A DNA stretch of 64,000 nucleotides from an uncultured Rhodospirillales bacterium (GTDB lineage: Bacteria; Pseudomonadota; Alphaproteobacteria; UBA9219; RGZA01). Position numbers and translations under genes: made by a program. Location of the stretch: the NCBI GenBank assembly GCA_964568585.1, contig CAZMQI010000004.1:11312-75311 (forward strand), in the 5' to 3' direction. Below are positions 9,099-19,000 of this stretch, piece after piece; positions within the stretch are counted from its first letter, which is position 1; every line of letters starts with the position of its first letter. The notes under the pieces are model-generated. The model worked only from the letters and a program-made list of their open reading frames with translations. It had not been told where the DNA came from and did not search any database.

Positions 9099-10184
9099 GT
9101 GGACATCAAGCTACCCGATATCTCAGACGCCCTTAAGCCTCTCCCGAGGCTTAAGAGTGTTGTGATAACGGAGCTAGAGAATATCAGCCGCAAAGCACCG
9201 ATTGACCGCAAAGTATTTGGCATTGCATTCCTTGCAGTGTTCAGCGTTTTACTAATCATCGCCTTCACATTACCAATGCTGAAACCCAAACCCGTGGAAG
9301 TCCCGCCACCAGTGGTTGCAGCACCAACCCCGCCGCCCCTCACCGCTGTTCAAATCAGTGCGCTGGAAGAAAACGACAGTCATTGGGGCGAAGCTTTACC
9401 GCAAGCGCCAATCGCAGAATTACAAGAGCCTCTGGGCAATGGCTTCATTCCTATCACTGCGCTTGATGGCCGCGCGTCATGGCATTCCTATGCACGCCCC
9501 TATAATCAAACTGATGCGCGCCCCCGTATTGTAATCGTGATTGGTGAGTTGGGGCTGTCACAACAAATCAGCCAGGCGGCAATTACTGATTTGCCCGGAC
9601 CCGTCAGTTTGATTTTCTCGAAATTCAGCGCAGAGCCCGATGCGTGGATGGCCAAAGCGCGTCAGCTAGGCCATGAAACCTTGCTCAGCATTCCAATGGA
9701 ACCACTGGATTATCCCTCCAGCGATCCGGGGCCAGACACATTGTTGGTTCACAACAACAATGATGAGAACAAAGCCTTGCTGCTCAAATACCTTGTAAAT
9801 GGCAAAGGGTATATCGGCGTAACCAGCCTTTCCGGTTCGCGCATGAGCACTTCGCCAGATCGTTTAAAACCCATTCTGGAAGAACTGAACAAGCGCGGCC
9901 TGATGTGGCTTGATGCCAACCTGACGCCGCTTAGTGCGGGCAATATTATTGCCAAGGAAATCAGCCAGCCCTCCGCCAAAGCCGATATACATATTGACGA
10001 AAATATGGGCGAAGCCACGATTACAAAAATATTACAGGACGCGGAAGCGCATGCCTCCAAGAATGGCCACGTGCTGCTCATCATCCAACCATCCCCGCTT
10101 TCACTTTCGATGGTGCGTGAATGGATTAAGCAATTGCCAGGTAAGCGCTTCTCGCTTGCGCCATTATCGTCCTTGGCTAAATAA
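9099..10184 (+). CDS. divergent polysaccharide deacetylase family protein (YibQ-like)
   Basis: 361 aa. N-terminal TM, Pro-rich linker, then a domain matching YibQ-type deacetylases. Position after ctpA is conserved. GTG start with AGGAGA Shine-Dalgarno. Confidence 0.7.
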   Translation: MDIKLPDISDALKPLPRLKSVVITELENISRKAPIDRKVFGIAFLAVFSVLLIIAFTLPMLKPKPVEVPPPVVAAPTPPPLTAVQISALEENDSHWGEALPQAPIAELQEPLGNGFIPITALDGRASWHSYARPYNQTDARPRIVIVIGELGLSQQISQAAITDLPGPVSLIFSKFSAEPDAWMAKARQLGHETLLSIPMEPLDYPSSDPGPDTLLVHNNNDENKALLLKYLVNGKGYIGVTSLSGSRMSTSPDRLKPILEELNKRGLMWLDANLTPLSAGNIIAKEISQPSAKADIHIDENMGEATITKILQDAEAHASKNGHVLLIIQPSPLSLSMVREWIKQLPGKRFSLAPLSSLAK

Positions 10185-10194
10185 CGGGGAAAAT

Positions 10195-10695
10195 ATGGAA
10201 CAGGCAATCCTTCCTTATCGCTCCTGCGTTGGCATCATGCTCATCAATCATGATGGGCGCGTGTTCTGCGGTGAACGCCGCGATACACCAGGCGCATGGC
10301 AAATGCCGCAAGGCGGTATCCAAAAAGGCGAAGATCCAAAGGTCGCTGCGCTGCGCGAATTGCATGAAGAAATCGGCGTGAATAAGGCTGAAATCATTGG
10401 TCAAACGTCACAAACTTATCGCTATGACTTTCCTGATTTCTTACAGCATCGCTCCGTTTACAAGGGCAAATACCGGGGTCAGGAACAGCATTGGTTCGCC
10501 CTTCGCTTTCTAGGCAATGATGACGATATCGATTTGGTCGCACATAATGATGAAGAAGGCCCCGAATTCATCGCATGGAAATGGGTGCACTTACCGGAAG
10601 TTGCCCAGCTCATCGTGCCGTTTAAACGTGCGGTATATGAAGGCGTAGCTGCGGAATTCGAACCGCTGATTAATACAATCAAGAAATCCGGCTAA
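10195..10695 (+). CDS. rppH: RNA pyrophosphohydrolase (NUDIX)
   Basis: The Nudix box (GGIQKGEDPKVAALRELHEEIG) and the RppH-like N-terminus (LPYRSCVGIMLINHDGRVFCGERRD...WQMPQGG) support ATG 10195 as the start. The longer ORF from 9934 overlaps the upstream gene out of frame, so it is discarded. Confidence 0.85.
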   Translation: MEQAILPYRSCVGIMLINHDGRVFCGERRDTPGAWQMPQGGIQKGEDPKVAALRELHEEIGVNKAEIIGQTSQTYRYDFPDFLQHRSVYKGKYRGQEQHWFALRFLGNDDDIDLVAHNDEEGPEFIAWKWVHLPEVAQLIVPFKRAVYEGVAAEFEPLINTIKKSG

Positions 10696-11365
10696 CGGCG
10701 CGAAGGGTTTTCGCACTCTCGCTATCCAACTCGCCCGTTACCATGTGTTGCACATAATGCCGTTGAAATGCACGCAGCGTCGCGTGTAGATTTTCTTCAT
10801 CCATCCCGCAATCATAACCGATTGCCGATAATAGTTTTTCTGCTTCAACCAAACTCATTGGCGCATCATCTTGTGATGTTATGTGCGGCCATACACCAAT
10901 GCCATTTTCCGCCAGCGTTTTCCAATCAAATAACTCCCCTGGGTCTTCCTTACGCAACGGCGCAATGTCGGAATGACCAATGAAAGCAGCCGCTGGCAGC
11001 GTGTATCGTGCTTTGATACCTTGGCACAGTTTCAATACTGCCTGCATCTGCACGTCAGGGAATGCGCGGTAGCCAAATTCATGACCCGGGTTCACAATCT
11101 CGATACCGATGGAATGGGAATTCACATCCACAATCCCGCACCAGAAACTTTTACCGGCATGCCATGCGCGCTTGTGTTCATCAACCAGTGCGAAGACACG
11201 GCCATCCTCTTCGACGACATAGTGTGCGCTGACTTTTGCATTGGCATCACACAGCCGCGCAATCGCCGATGCACCATCCTTCATGCCGGTATAATGCAAA
11301 ATGACCAAGCTAGGCGTATCGCATCCCTTGCGGTCATCGAAATTGGGCGATGGTGTGCTGATCAT
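10679..11365 (-). CDS. amiD: N-acetylmuramoyl-L-alanine amidase (amidase_2, AmpD/AmiD type) with C-terminal peptidoglycan-binding domain
   Basis: Amidase_2 Zn-site context (ILHYTG...AHYVVEEDGRV...WHAG...IGHSDIAP) and PG_binding_1-like C-terminus (ATLRAFQRHYV). Converges on and overlaps the rppH 3' end. Confidence 0.8.
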   Translation of the reverse strand: MISTPSPNFDDRKGCDTPSLVILHYTGMKDGASAIARLCDANAKVSAHYVVEEDGRVFALVDEHKRAWHAGKSFWCGIVDVNSHSIGIEIVNPGHEFGYRAFPDVQMQAVLKLCQGIKARYTLPAAAFIGHSDIAPLRKEDPGELFDWKTLAENGIGVWPHITSQDDAPMSLVEAEKLLSAIGYDCGMDEENLHATLRAFQRHYVQHMVTGELDSESAKTLRAVSRIS

Positions 11366-12189
11366 ACGGCTGTGGCTTTTTTGATTTTGGTATAGGCATC
11401 ATTGATGAGGACAGTTTTCTCCTGCGCGCGCTGTAACGCAAAGGTATTGCGCCCTTGCCAGCGGTCGGGATGAAATTCCTGAATTAGGCGCTTATACGCC
11501 TTGGCCGCTGCGTCAACGCCAGCACCAGTTGGCAGCCCCAATATCTGATACGGATCATATAGCGCATCAGGTAGATAGCCTTTAATCGTAGCTAAAGCTG
11601 CAAAATCATCGGGGTCGTAATTCAACTTGGCCGCGATTTGCTCCAGCGTCGCCATCGTTGCGCGGTCAAGGTGATGATGGCCTTCCACCGCTAAATCCAG
11701 AAGGCATGCCAGCATCGCGTGAAGTTTTTCGGGTTTGCCTGCGCCTTCAATCCGCAATTGCGTCAATGCATAATTCACTTCGGAAGTCGCCGCAGCATCC
11801 GCCGCAACAATACGCCCTATGTAACGCAACGTGGATGCGTTCAGCACATAGGAATTTTTTAAAATAGCGATGGCACGTGCAGGTTTTGAAAGCGCGGGGA
11901 ATGCATAGGCCTTGGCCAGCATCACCAATGCCACGACTGTCGGCGCATCATGCGTCTTGGGTGGCGCAATGGCTTTAGGAGGTGCTTGGTGTTTACCCGA
12001 CAATAAAAATCCCCATACATCAAATGCCAAACCAGCGACAATGCCGATGAATGTGCCCCACACGCCCCAGAATGTGAACGCCGCAAGGCCAACGCCAGCG
12101 CCAATCAGTTTACCCTTATGATGATGATATGGGAAATTTTTTAAACGAATTGCGTTCACTAAATCAAGCTCGTCAGCTGAATGTGCCAA
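11362..12189 (-). CDS. djlA: DjlA-like membrane co-chaperone (N-terminal TM, TerB-like middle region, C-terminal J domain)
   Basis: The C-terminus (DPYQILGLPTGAGVDAAAKAYKRLIQEFHPDRW) is a J domain carrying the HPD motif. Hydrophobic N-terminus. 4-bp overlap with amiD. Confidence 0.7.
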   Translation of the reverse strand: MAHSADELDLVNAIRLKNFPYHHHKGKLIGAGVGLAAFTFWGVWGTFIGIVAGLAFDVWGFLLSGKHQAPPKAIAPPKTHDAPTVVALVMLAKAYAFPALSKPARAIAILKNSYVLNASTLRYIGRIVAADAAATSEVNYALTQLRIEGAGKPEKLHAMLACLLDLAVEGHHHLDRATMATLEQIAAKLNYDPDDFAALATIKGYLPDALYDPYQILGLPTGAGVDAAAKAYKRLIQEFHPDRWQGRNTFALQRAQEKTVLINDAYTKIKKATAV

Positions 12190-12207
12190 GGGAACAAAAC
12201 GGAACGC

Positions 12208-12915
12208 TTAAACTTCTTTGCTGTAATAGGTGCCGTTGCCGGAATCGAATAATCCGCCATACACCTGATTTAATAGCGCATTGAGACTGCTGCCGCTTTG
12301 TGCACCGGCGCTACCATAGGTGGTTTTCACCGCTGGCTTTTCAATGGTGTCGTAATCTTTTTCAAAGTATTTAGTCGAAGCCAACTGGATAGCGTAATTG
12401 GGTTTTACGGAATCAAGTGTGCCGGTCGGGCGGGTTACTTTGATAAAGTATTGCCCCTTGGCAAGGTTCAAGGTCTGCGCGCCAGCTTTATCGAAATTGT
12501 CTTTCTTTTCGCCAAAGCGCGCTTCGCTATCTGCAATCACGCGGCCTTTGCTATCCAGAATTTGGATGCGTACATCGAAGTCAGTCTTGACCGAGATGCC
12601 TAGGTTTTCTTTTTCTGTCGCATTGAACTTGAAGAAATCGACCTTATCGCCAGTCGTCAACGCGCTTACGATATTGAGGCGTGTCTTACCGCGTGTTAAA
12701 TCGCCAACATTACGTGCGGTGAGTGTACTGTCACCGGTTACGTCGTTTGAATTTTGTTGGAAGTTCTGAATGCGTTTTTCAGAGAGGGGTGTTTTAAGAT
12801 CGTATGGGTCAACTTCAGTCGTGCCCTGCAAGAGCTTGGTCTTGTTGACCTGATACTCCGCTAAAATCAGCGTCAGGTTCACTTTGACTTGTGCAGCTGT
12901 TAATGCTGTCGGCAT
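12208..12915 (-). CDS. hypothetical protein with a PPC (bacterial pre-peptidase C-terminal)-like beta-sandwich domain and no signal peptide
   Basis: 235 aa. The central segment (GDKVDFFKFNATEKENLGISVKTDFDVRIQILDSKGRVIADSE...GQYFIKVTRPTG) follows the PPC-domain pattern. AGGAA Shine-Dalgarno 8 nt upstream. Confidence 0.5.
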   Translation of the reverse strand: MPTALTAAQVKVNLTLILAEYQVNKTKLLQGTTEVDPYDLKTPLSEKRIQNFQQNSNDVTGDSTLTARNVGDLTRGKTRLNIVSALTTGDKVDFFKFNATEKENLGISVKTDFDVRIQILDSKGRVIADSEARFGEKKDNFDKAGAQTLNLAKGQYFIKVTRPTGTLDSVKPNYAIQLASTKYFEKDYDTIEKPAVKTTYGSAGAQSGSSLNALLNQVYGGLFDSGNGTYYSKEV

Positions 12916-13032
12916 GTTTCAATTCCTAAAGGTGCGAGATTCCCCGCAAAATCAGCTTTCCCTATTCTTGTATGATTGTGCCTTCAAAAGCTTAACAACG
13001 CTTTAAGGGAAAAAGCTGCCTAGTGAACAAAA

Positions 13033-13857
13033 TCAAACACTTAAGACGCCATAAAGCATCTTCGCGGCAATAAACAAAAGAAAAGCACCGAATATCCGGC
13101 GCAGCACGTGGCGGCTCAGATAATGCGCGACTTTTGCGCCTACTGGAGCAAGCAAAGCTGTGGTGGGTAATAGCACCACCAACGCCATCAAATTTACGAA
13201 ACCAAGCGAGTATGGCGGCAATCCTTCATGCCCCCATCCGCTGATGATAAAGCCAGCTGCACCCGGCAAGGCGATGATAACACCAAACGCAGATGATGTG
13301 CCCACCGCGCGTTGCATCGGCACATTACATGCGGCCAGTGTCGGCACGCTGAGTGCGCCACCGCCAACACCAACGATGGAGGAGAACGTTCCAATGAACC
13401 ATGAAATGAAACGTTGCCATCCCACCGATGGCAAGCTTTGGCGCAACACTGCTCCGTCTTTGCCAATCAACATATATAACGCAACAAATATCAGGAACCC
13501 GCCAAATGCCAATCGCATATCTGTTCCAGACATCATGCCCGCAATCAGCGCCCCCGTGATGGCACCCACCGCAATCGGCGGACCCCACACTTTCAAAATA
13601 TCATTATCGACGCTGCCGCGTTTTTCATGTGCACGCGATGATGACAGCGATGTTGCGATGATGGTAGCAAGCGAAGTGCCCACCGATACGTGCATGGCGA
13701 CTTCGTGCGATATACCCATATGCGTGAACCAGTAAAATAATACTGGAACGGTGATTGTGCCGCCGCCAACGCCAAATAATCCCGCAATAAATCCGCCGAA
13801 CATGCCAGCACAGATGAGCATAATTAAATCGGGTAAATACTGGGCTAAATCATTCAT
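13033..13857 (-). CDS. sulfite exporter TauE/SafE family membrane protein
   Basis: 274 aa and highly hydrophobic. Duplicated GGG-containing helices (GLFGVGGGTITVPVL ... VGVGGGALSVPTL) are typical of TauE/SafE. Confidence 0.85.
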   Translation of the reverse strand: MNDLAQYLPDLIMLICAGMFGGFIAGLFGVGGGTITVPVLFYWFTHMGISHEVAMHVSVGTSLATIIATSLSSSRAHEKRGSVDNDILKVWGPPIAVGAITGALIAGMMSGTDMRLAFGGFLIFVALYMLIGKDGAVLRQSLPSVGWQRFISWFIGTFSSIVGVGGGALSVPTLAACNVPMQRAVGTSSAFGVIIALPGAAGFIISGWGHEGLPPYSLGFVNLMALVVLLPTTALLAPVGAKVAHYLSRHVLRRIFGAFLLFIAAKMLYGVLSV

Positions 13858-14133
13858 TTTGTATGGGATGGTTTATTACGCTGCAGAGTTGAACGTGCGT
13901 TCAAGATGGAGTCCACAGAGCATTAACACAAGCAACAAACAGCGACTCAAATGATGTTTTAGACAAGGTGTGACGGATAAGACTCTTGCTCAGAACCTCT
14001 TCAAAATCTCGCTGTGGCTAAGGATTATGGGTGGGTTCGAGAACCGGAGCGCAGCGTACATTTAAGTACATGAGCACCGGAAGCGGAGAAGCCGCACATA
14101 AGCCAACGCCGCAGTTAGAGATTGTGAAAGGTT

Positions 14134-15297
14134 CTAGGAGATTATGGCATTCGCCACATCGTCAATCAGCCAGCCTTGGTATGAACGTACACCAAGCTTT
14201 TGGCCGAACTGCAACGCTTCTTCGTGGTCACAATGGCTGAAGATGATTTTTTCCGATGGCAGCGTTTTAAGTGCTTCCATTACAGCAGGACTATTCATTC
14301 CCGCCCATTTCTCTTTTGTTACATTGATTTTATAAAAATCGACATTCATACCTTTAAAATTAATGTACGGCAGCACCGATGCCGTGATGCCATCAATGCC
14401 CACATTAAATCCTTCTTCTTTCAATACGTTCAACGCGTTTTGCGTGGTCGTATAATTCAGGAATAATTCGGAGCGATGGATTTCAAAGTTCACCTTGCGC
14501 CGCGCAGGCTTAGATACCGCTTGACAAAACTGTGCAAACACCGATGAAAACGCCGTTTCAACCGACAAATTCAAACTGATGTTCTTATTTTCCCATTGCT
14601 GGGTAAAACTGCCGAGTTCCAGCAACAACTTGCGATCCAGGGAACTGCATAGTTCAAGAAACAACCGTTCCGGCGTATCCAGAATTAATCTGGGAAAACG
14701 TTCACGCTTCAAATCCGCGATGCCGATGAAAAAATCGATTTGCTTTTTTTCCCATACGCCGCGCTCGTCTTGTTTATAAACCGGCTGGGTACGCACATAC
14801 CGCTTGATATCGATTTTATCGAGCAGCAATTCAACCTGGTTCAAACTCCACGCAGTAAGCGGCCCTTGTACATCATGCGCTTGCAACGCTTGCGTCACCG
14901 TTTGAATAGCGCCCATATGTTCGGATGCATTCACCAATTCTACGTATACATTCGCGCGCTGGCGAAGCGCGGTATAATCTTTTGGCAATTCATAAAAGGT
15001 GATGACTTTGTCTTGGTCAGCTTCAGTGGTGACTTCCATCGCAGCATAAAGCGCGGCCTTTAAATCCGCCATCTGCTCTGCGTTATGTACTGGCATCACC
15101 AGAAACAAATCGCCATTGGCCATGGGATAAACTTCGCCGCTGGATTTTCTGACGATGTTCTTGATTGCCGTTTCCACCATATCGCTGGAAACCACATCAT
15201 AATCGACCAGTTTGCGGCGCACATTCACAATCGTGTGCGCGGAATTCAACCGGTTGAAGCGACGGATAAGCAGGATGAAATCTTGTTCGGCAATCAT
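14134..15297 (-). CDS. hypothetical protein with a C-terminal degenerate EAL-like (c-di-GMP phosphodiesterase fold) domain
   Basis: The C-terminal ~230 aa align by eye to the EAL pattern (LSLNLSVETAF...VNFEIHRSEL...LKEEGFNVGIDGI...NVDFYKIN...IIFSHCDHEEALQFGQKLGVRSYQGWL). The EAL, DDFG and EGVE catalytic motifs are replaced. Confidence 0.55.
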   Translation of the reverse strand: MIAEQDFILLIRRFNRLNSAHTIVNVRRKLVDYDVVSSDMVETAIKNIVRKSSGEVYPMANGDLFLVMPVHNAEQMADLKAALYAAMEVTTEADQDKVITFYELPKDYTALRQRANVYVELVNASEHMGAIQTVTQALQAHDVQGPLTAWSLNQVELLLDKIDIKRYVRTQPVYKQDERGVWEKKQIDFFIGIADLKRERFPRLILDTPERLFLELCSSLDRKLLLELGSFTQQWENKNISLNLSVETAFSSVFAQFCQAVSKPARRKVNFEIHRSELFLNYTTTQNALNVLKEEGFNVGIDGITASVLPYINFKGMNVDFYKINVTKEKWAGMNSPAVMEALKTLPSEKIIFSHCDHEEALQFGQKLGVRSYQGWLIDDVANAIIS

Positions 15298-15396
15298 GAC
15301 ATCAGGTTAAAAGATGGGCGCAGATACAGCAAAACAAATCGCCCCACTGAGTGTGGAACGATTCATTTAACAATTCATCAAGGCGATTAGCTAATA

Positions 15397-15855
15397 TCAG
15401 CTAACCAAAAATATCGCTTCTACTTCAACGGGTGCATTGATCGGTAATGCGGCTACGCCAACGGCGCTGCGGCTATGCTTGCCCTGCTCGCCCAGCACAT
15501 CAATCAGCAATTGCGAACAGCCATTGATAACCACAGGTTGCTGCGTGAAATCAGGCGTGGAGGCAACAAAGCCCGTTAATTTGATGCATTGCTTAACCTT
15601 GTCTAAACCCACAGCCGCATGCACTTGCGCCAGAATATGCAGGCCGCAAAGCTTGGCGCAGGCTTGCGCTTGCTCTAACGTCACGTTCTTGCCCACAAGG
15701 CCTTCATGCAGCAATACGCCGTCTTGGCGGGGCAACTGCCCTGATACAAATAGCAAATCTCCTGCTCGCTGCGTTGCAACATAGGCGGCAACAGGGTTGG
15801 CTGGGGTTGGCAGTGTGATGCCGAGCGCGGAAAGGCGTTCTAGTGCTGTGGGCAT
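15397..15855 (-). CDS. ridA: RidA/YjgF family reactive-intermediate deaminase
   Basis: 152 aa. YjgF signature at the C-terminus (AALPINAPVEVEAIFLV) and overall RidA-like sequence. Confidence 0.85.
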   Translation of the reverse strand: MPTALERLSALGITLPTPANPVAAYVATQRAGDLLFVSGQLPRQDGVLLHEGLVGKNVTLEQAQACAKLCGLHILAQVHAAVGLDKVKQCIKLTGFVASTPDFTQQPVVINGCSQLLIDVLGEQGKHSRSAVGVAALPINAPVEVEAIFLVS

Positions 15856-16003
15856 GGTTTGTTCCTATCGGTGAAATTGTCCTCAAAAAAGTAGCCTAAC
15901 ATAACCAAAAGACTTGAGATTTCCTACTCCTGTTGTCATGTTTCATACCTTATTGAGTCCCGACATCAAGTTTGAGGACTAACCCCTTTTCTGAAAAAGG
16001 TTT

Positions 16004-19000
16004 TTGACCGTGAACGCTGCCCGCCCTATCTCAAAAAAATCGACAAAAGAATCCAAATCTGCAGCCGTAAAGGATGCCCCAAAGACCGTGAAGGGCAAGT
16101 CGTCGAACCAGACCGTCGCTGCCTCAAAAACCACAAGCGAAATCAAAAAAGTACTCTCGGCACACATCCCTGCCCGTGACCGTACCCAGTTCCACGATCA
16201 TGATTTATCTGCCATCTCGGAAAGCATGGGTTCATTCATTCACGAACGCAAACGCGGCGTGCCAAAACTGCGCGTCCTAAACCCAACCTTGAAGAAAGAC
16301 GGCTATGTCAGCCGCCACACTGTCATCATGGTTGCCAATGACGACATGCCATTCTTGGTAGACAGCACGACGGGTGAATTGAACCGCATGGGTCTGGGCA
16401 TCCATCTTGTCATTCATCCGGTTGTACACATTGTGCGTAATGAGCGTAATCAATTTGAACATTTTGCGGGTAAGACCACCTCCCCCGATGAGCTCAGCGT
16501 TGAATCATGGATGTACATCGAAATCGATGAAACCCATGAAGCTGCCAAGCTTGCGGAAATCGCCGCGAACCTTGAACGCGTCCTATATAATGTTCGTTTG
16601 GCCGTGCGCGATTGGTCGGGCATGCGTACCAAAATCATGGAAACCATCACCGAATTGCCACGCAATGAAACCGTGGGCCTGCCCGCAGGTGAACGCGAAG
16701 AGACCGCGAACTTCCTTGCATGGCTGGAAGCGGATAATTTCACATTCCTTGGCGCGCGCGATTACCACGTCACGGGCACTGGCAAGAATATGCACCTTGT
16801 TACCACGCCCGGCAGTGGCCTTGGTATCCTCACCGACGCAGTATCCGTCATGTTCTTTGGCGAAGAAGGCGAAGGTAGCCAGCCAACCGACATCCATCAT
16901 TTCCTTGAACGCAAACAGCTTGCGCTCATCACCAAGACCTATAAGCACTCGGTGGTTCACCGCACCACGCCAATGGATGCAGTGCTCATCAAACGCTATA
17001 ACGCCAGCGGCAAATTAATTGGTGAACGGTTGTTCGTCGGCTTGTTTACATCATCGTCGTATAATCGTCTTGCCAAGGATGTTCCGCTCATCCGCGAAAA
17101 GATTTCGTATGCGATTGACCATGCTGGCCTTGATCCGCGCAGCTATAACGGAAAAGTATTCACGCATATTCTCAATTCCTATCCGCGTGATGAATTGTTC
17201 CAAATCTCGGCCGCTGAATTGTTGGAAACCGCAATTGGCATTCTGGATTTACAGGAACGCCAACGCCTTGCGCTATTTATCCGTCATGATGCGTTCGAAC
17301 GTTTTGTGAATTGTTTGATTTATGTGCCACGTGATTTGTACATCACCAAATTGCGTAAGGAATTCCAGCGCATTCTGATGAACACGTTCAAAGGTGCCCA
17401 TAGCGATTATAATGTGAAGATTACCAATGAATCCTTGGCGCAGATCTTCATCGTCGTGCGTACCTCCAAGGGTCAAATCCCTACGTACGACCGCGCCAAA
17501 CTGGAACACGAACTGGAAGATGCAAGCCGCGGCTGGTCTGGCCGTCTTCGCAATGAATTGATTGCAGCCTTTGGTGAAAACCAAGGCTTGAAGCATGCCG
17601 AAAAATACTCGGAAAGCTTCCCGGATGCATATTGCGATACCGTGAATGCACATGAGTCCTTACAAGACTTGGCATTCATTGAAGACGTTCTGCAAAACAA
17701 TGCGCTTGAATTGAATCTGTATCGCCCCAGCAAGGCCACGCAAGAACGCATTCACCTGAAATGGTTCTCCCCTAATGTGCCATTATCCTTATCGCTTATT
17801 CTTCCCATCATGCAGGATATGGGGTTGAAGACCAACGCGGTGCTTGGTCCTTACGAAATCAAACCAGCGGGTTCTGAAAAATCGGTATGGATTCAGGATT
17901 GCCATGCGGAAGTAAAACCCGGCATCCCCATTAATCTGGAACGGGTGAAGGCGAAGTTCGAAGAATGCCTGCTTAAAGTCTGGAACAACGAAGTTGAAGC
18001 GGATGCCTATAACCAGCTTATTTTGCTGGCCGATATGAACTGGCGCGAAGTGGTGATTTTGCGCGCGATTGGCAAATACCTTCGCCAAGCACGCCTGCCC
18101 TATTCCGAACAAGCCATCATCCGCACGCTGTCACAGCATCCTGCGGCGGCACGTCTATTGGCGCAATTGTTTATCGCACGTCATAACCCTGAACTGGGTA
18201 AAGAAGGCGCAAAGCTTTCCGCAAAACTTGAAAAAGACATCGCGGAATATCTCAAAGACGTCAGCATGCTGGAAGAAGACCGCATTCTTCGCCGCATGCA
18301 CAATGTTATTCAAAACACATTGCGTACCAATTATTTCCAAAAAGACGAACAGGGTCAGCCGAAATCCTATCTGTCCTTCAAGCTCGACAGCAAGAAGCTG
18401 GATGGCTTGCCACTGCCGCGTCCGCACGTTGAAATTTTTGTCTATTCCCCTCGTACCGAAGCCATTCACTTACGTGGCGGCAAGGTTGCACGTGGCGGTA
18501 TCCGCTGGTCAGATAGACGCGAAGATTTCCGTACCGAAGTCTTGGGCCTTATGAAGGCACAACAGGTAAAGAACACCGTGATTGTGCCCGTGGGTTCAAA
18601 GGGCGGTTTCGTTGTGAAAAACCCAAAACCCGCCGATATGGCGAAGGAAGGCGTTGCCTGCTATCAGATCATGATGCGCGGCTTGCTCGACATCACCGAT
18701 AACCGCGTTGGCGAAAAGATTGTCCCGCCCAAGAACGTAGTGCGCCATGACGAGGATGATCCATATCTGGTGGTTGCTGCTGATAAAGGCACCGCGAAAT
18801 TCTCCGACATCGCGAATGCGTTATCGATTGAATACGGCTTCTGGCTGGGCGATGCGTTTGCATCGGGCGGTTCGGCTGGTTACGATCATAAAGGCATGGG
18901 TATTACTGCACGTGGCGCATGGGAAGGCATCAAACGCCATTTCCGCGAAATGGGCAAAGACATCCAGAAGGAAGATTTCACCGTCGTCGGCATCGGCGAT

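Noticed and set aside
9934-10194. N-terminal extension of the rppH ORF
   Set aside because: It overlaps the YibQ-like gene in another frame, and the extension is Arg/Pro-rich junk. The Nudix protein starts at ATG 10195 with an upstream GGGGA.
14031-14050. tRNA-like GGTTCGAGAACC motif and SRP-RNA-like CCGGAAGCGGAGAAGC in the 13858..14133 gap
   Set aside because: No complementary T-stem or acceptor stem. No match to the conserved SRP domain IV GGAAGGAAGCAGC.
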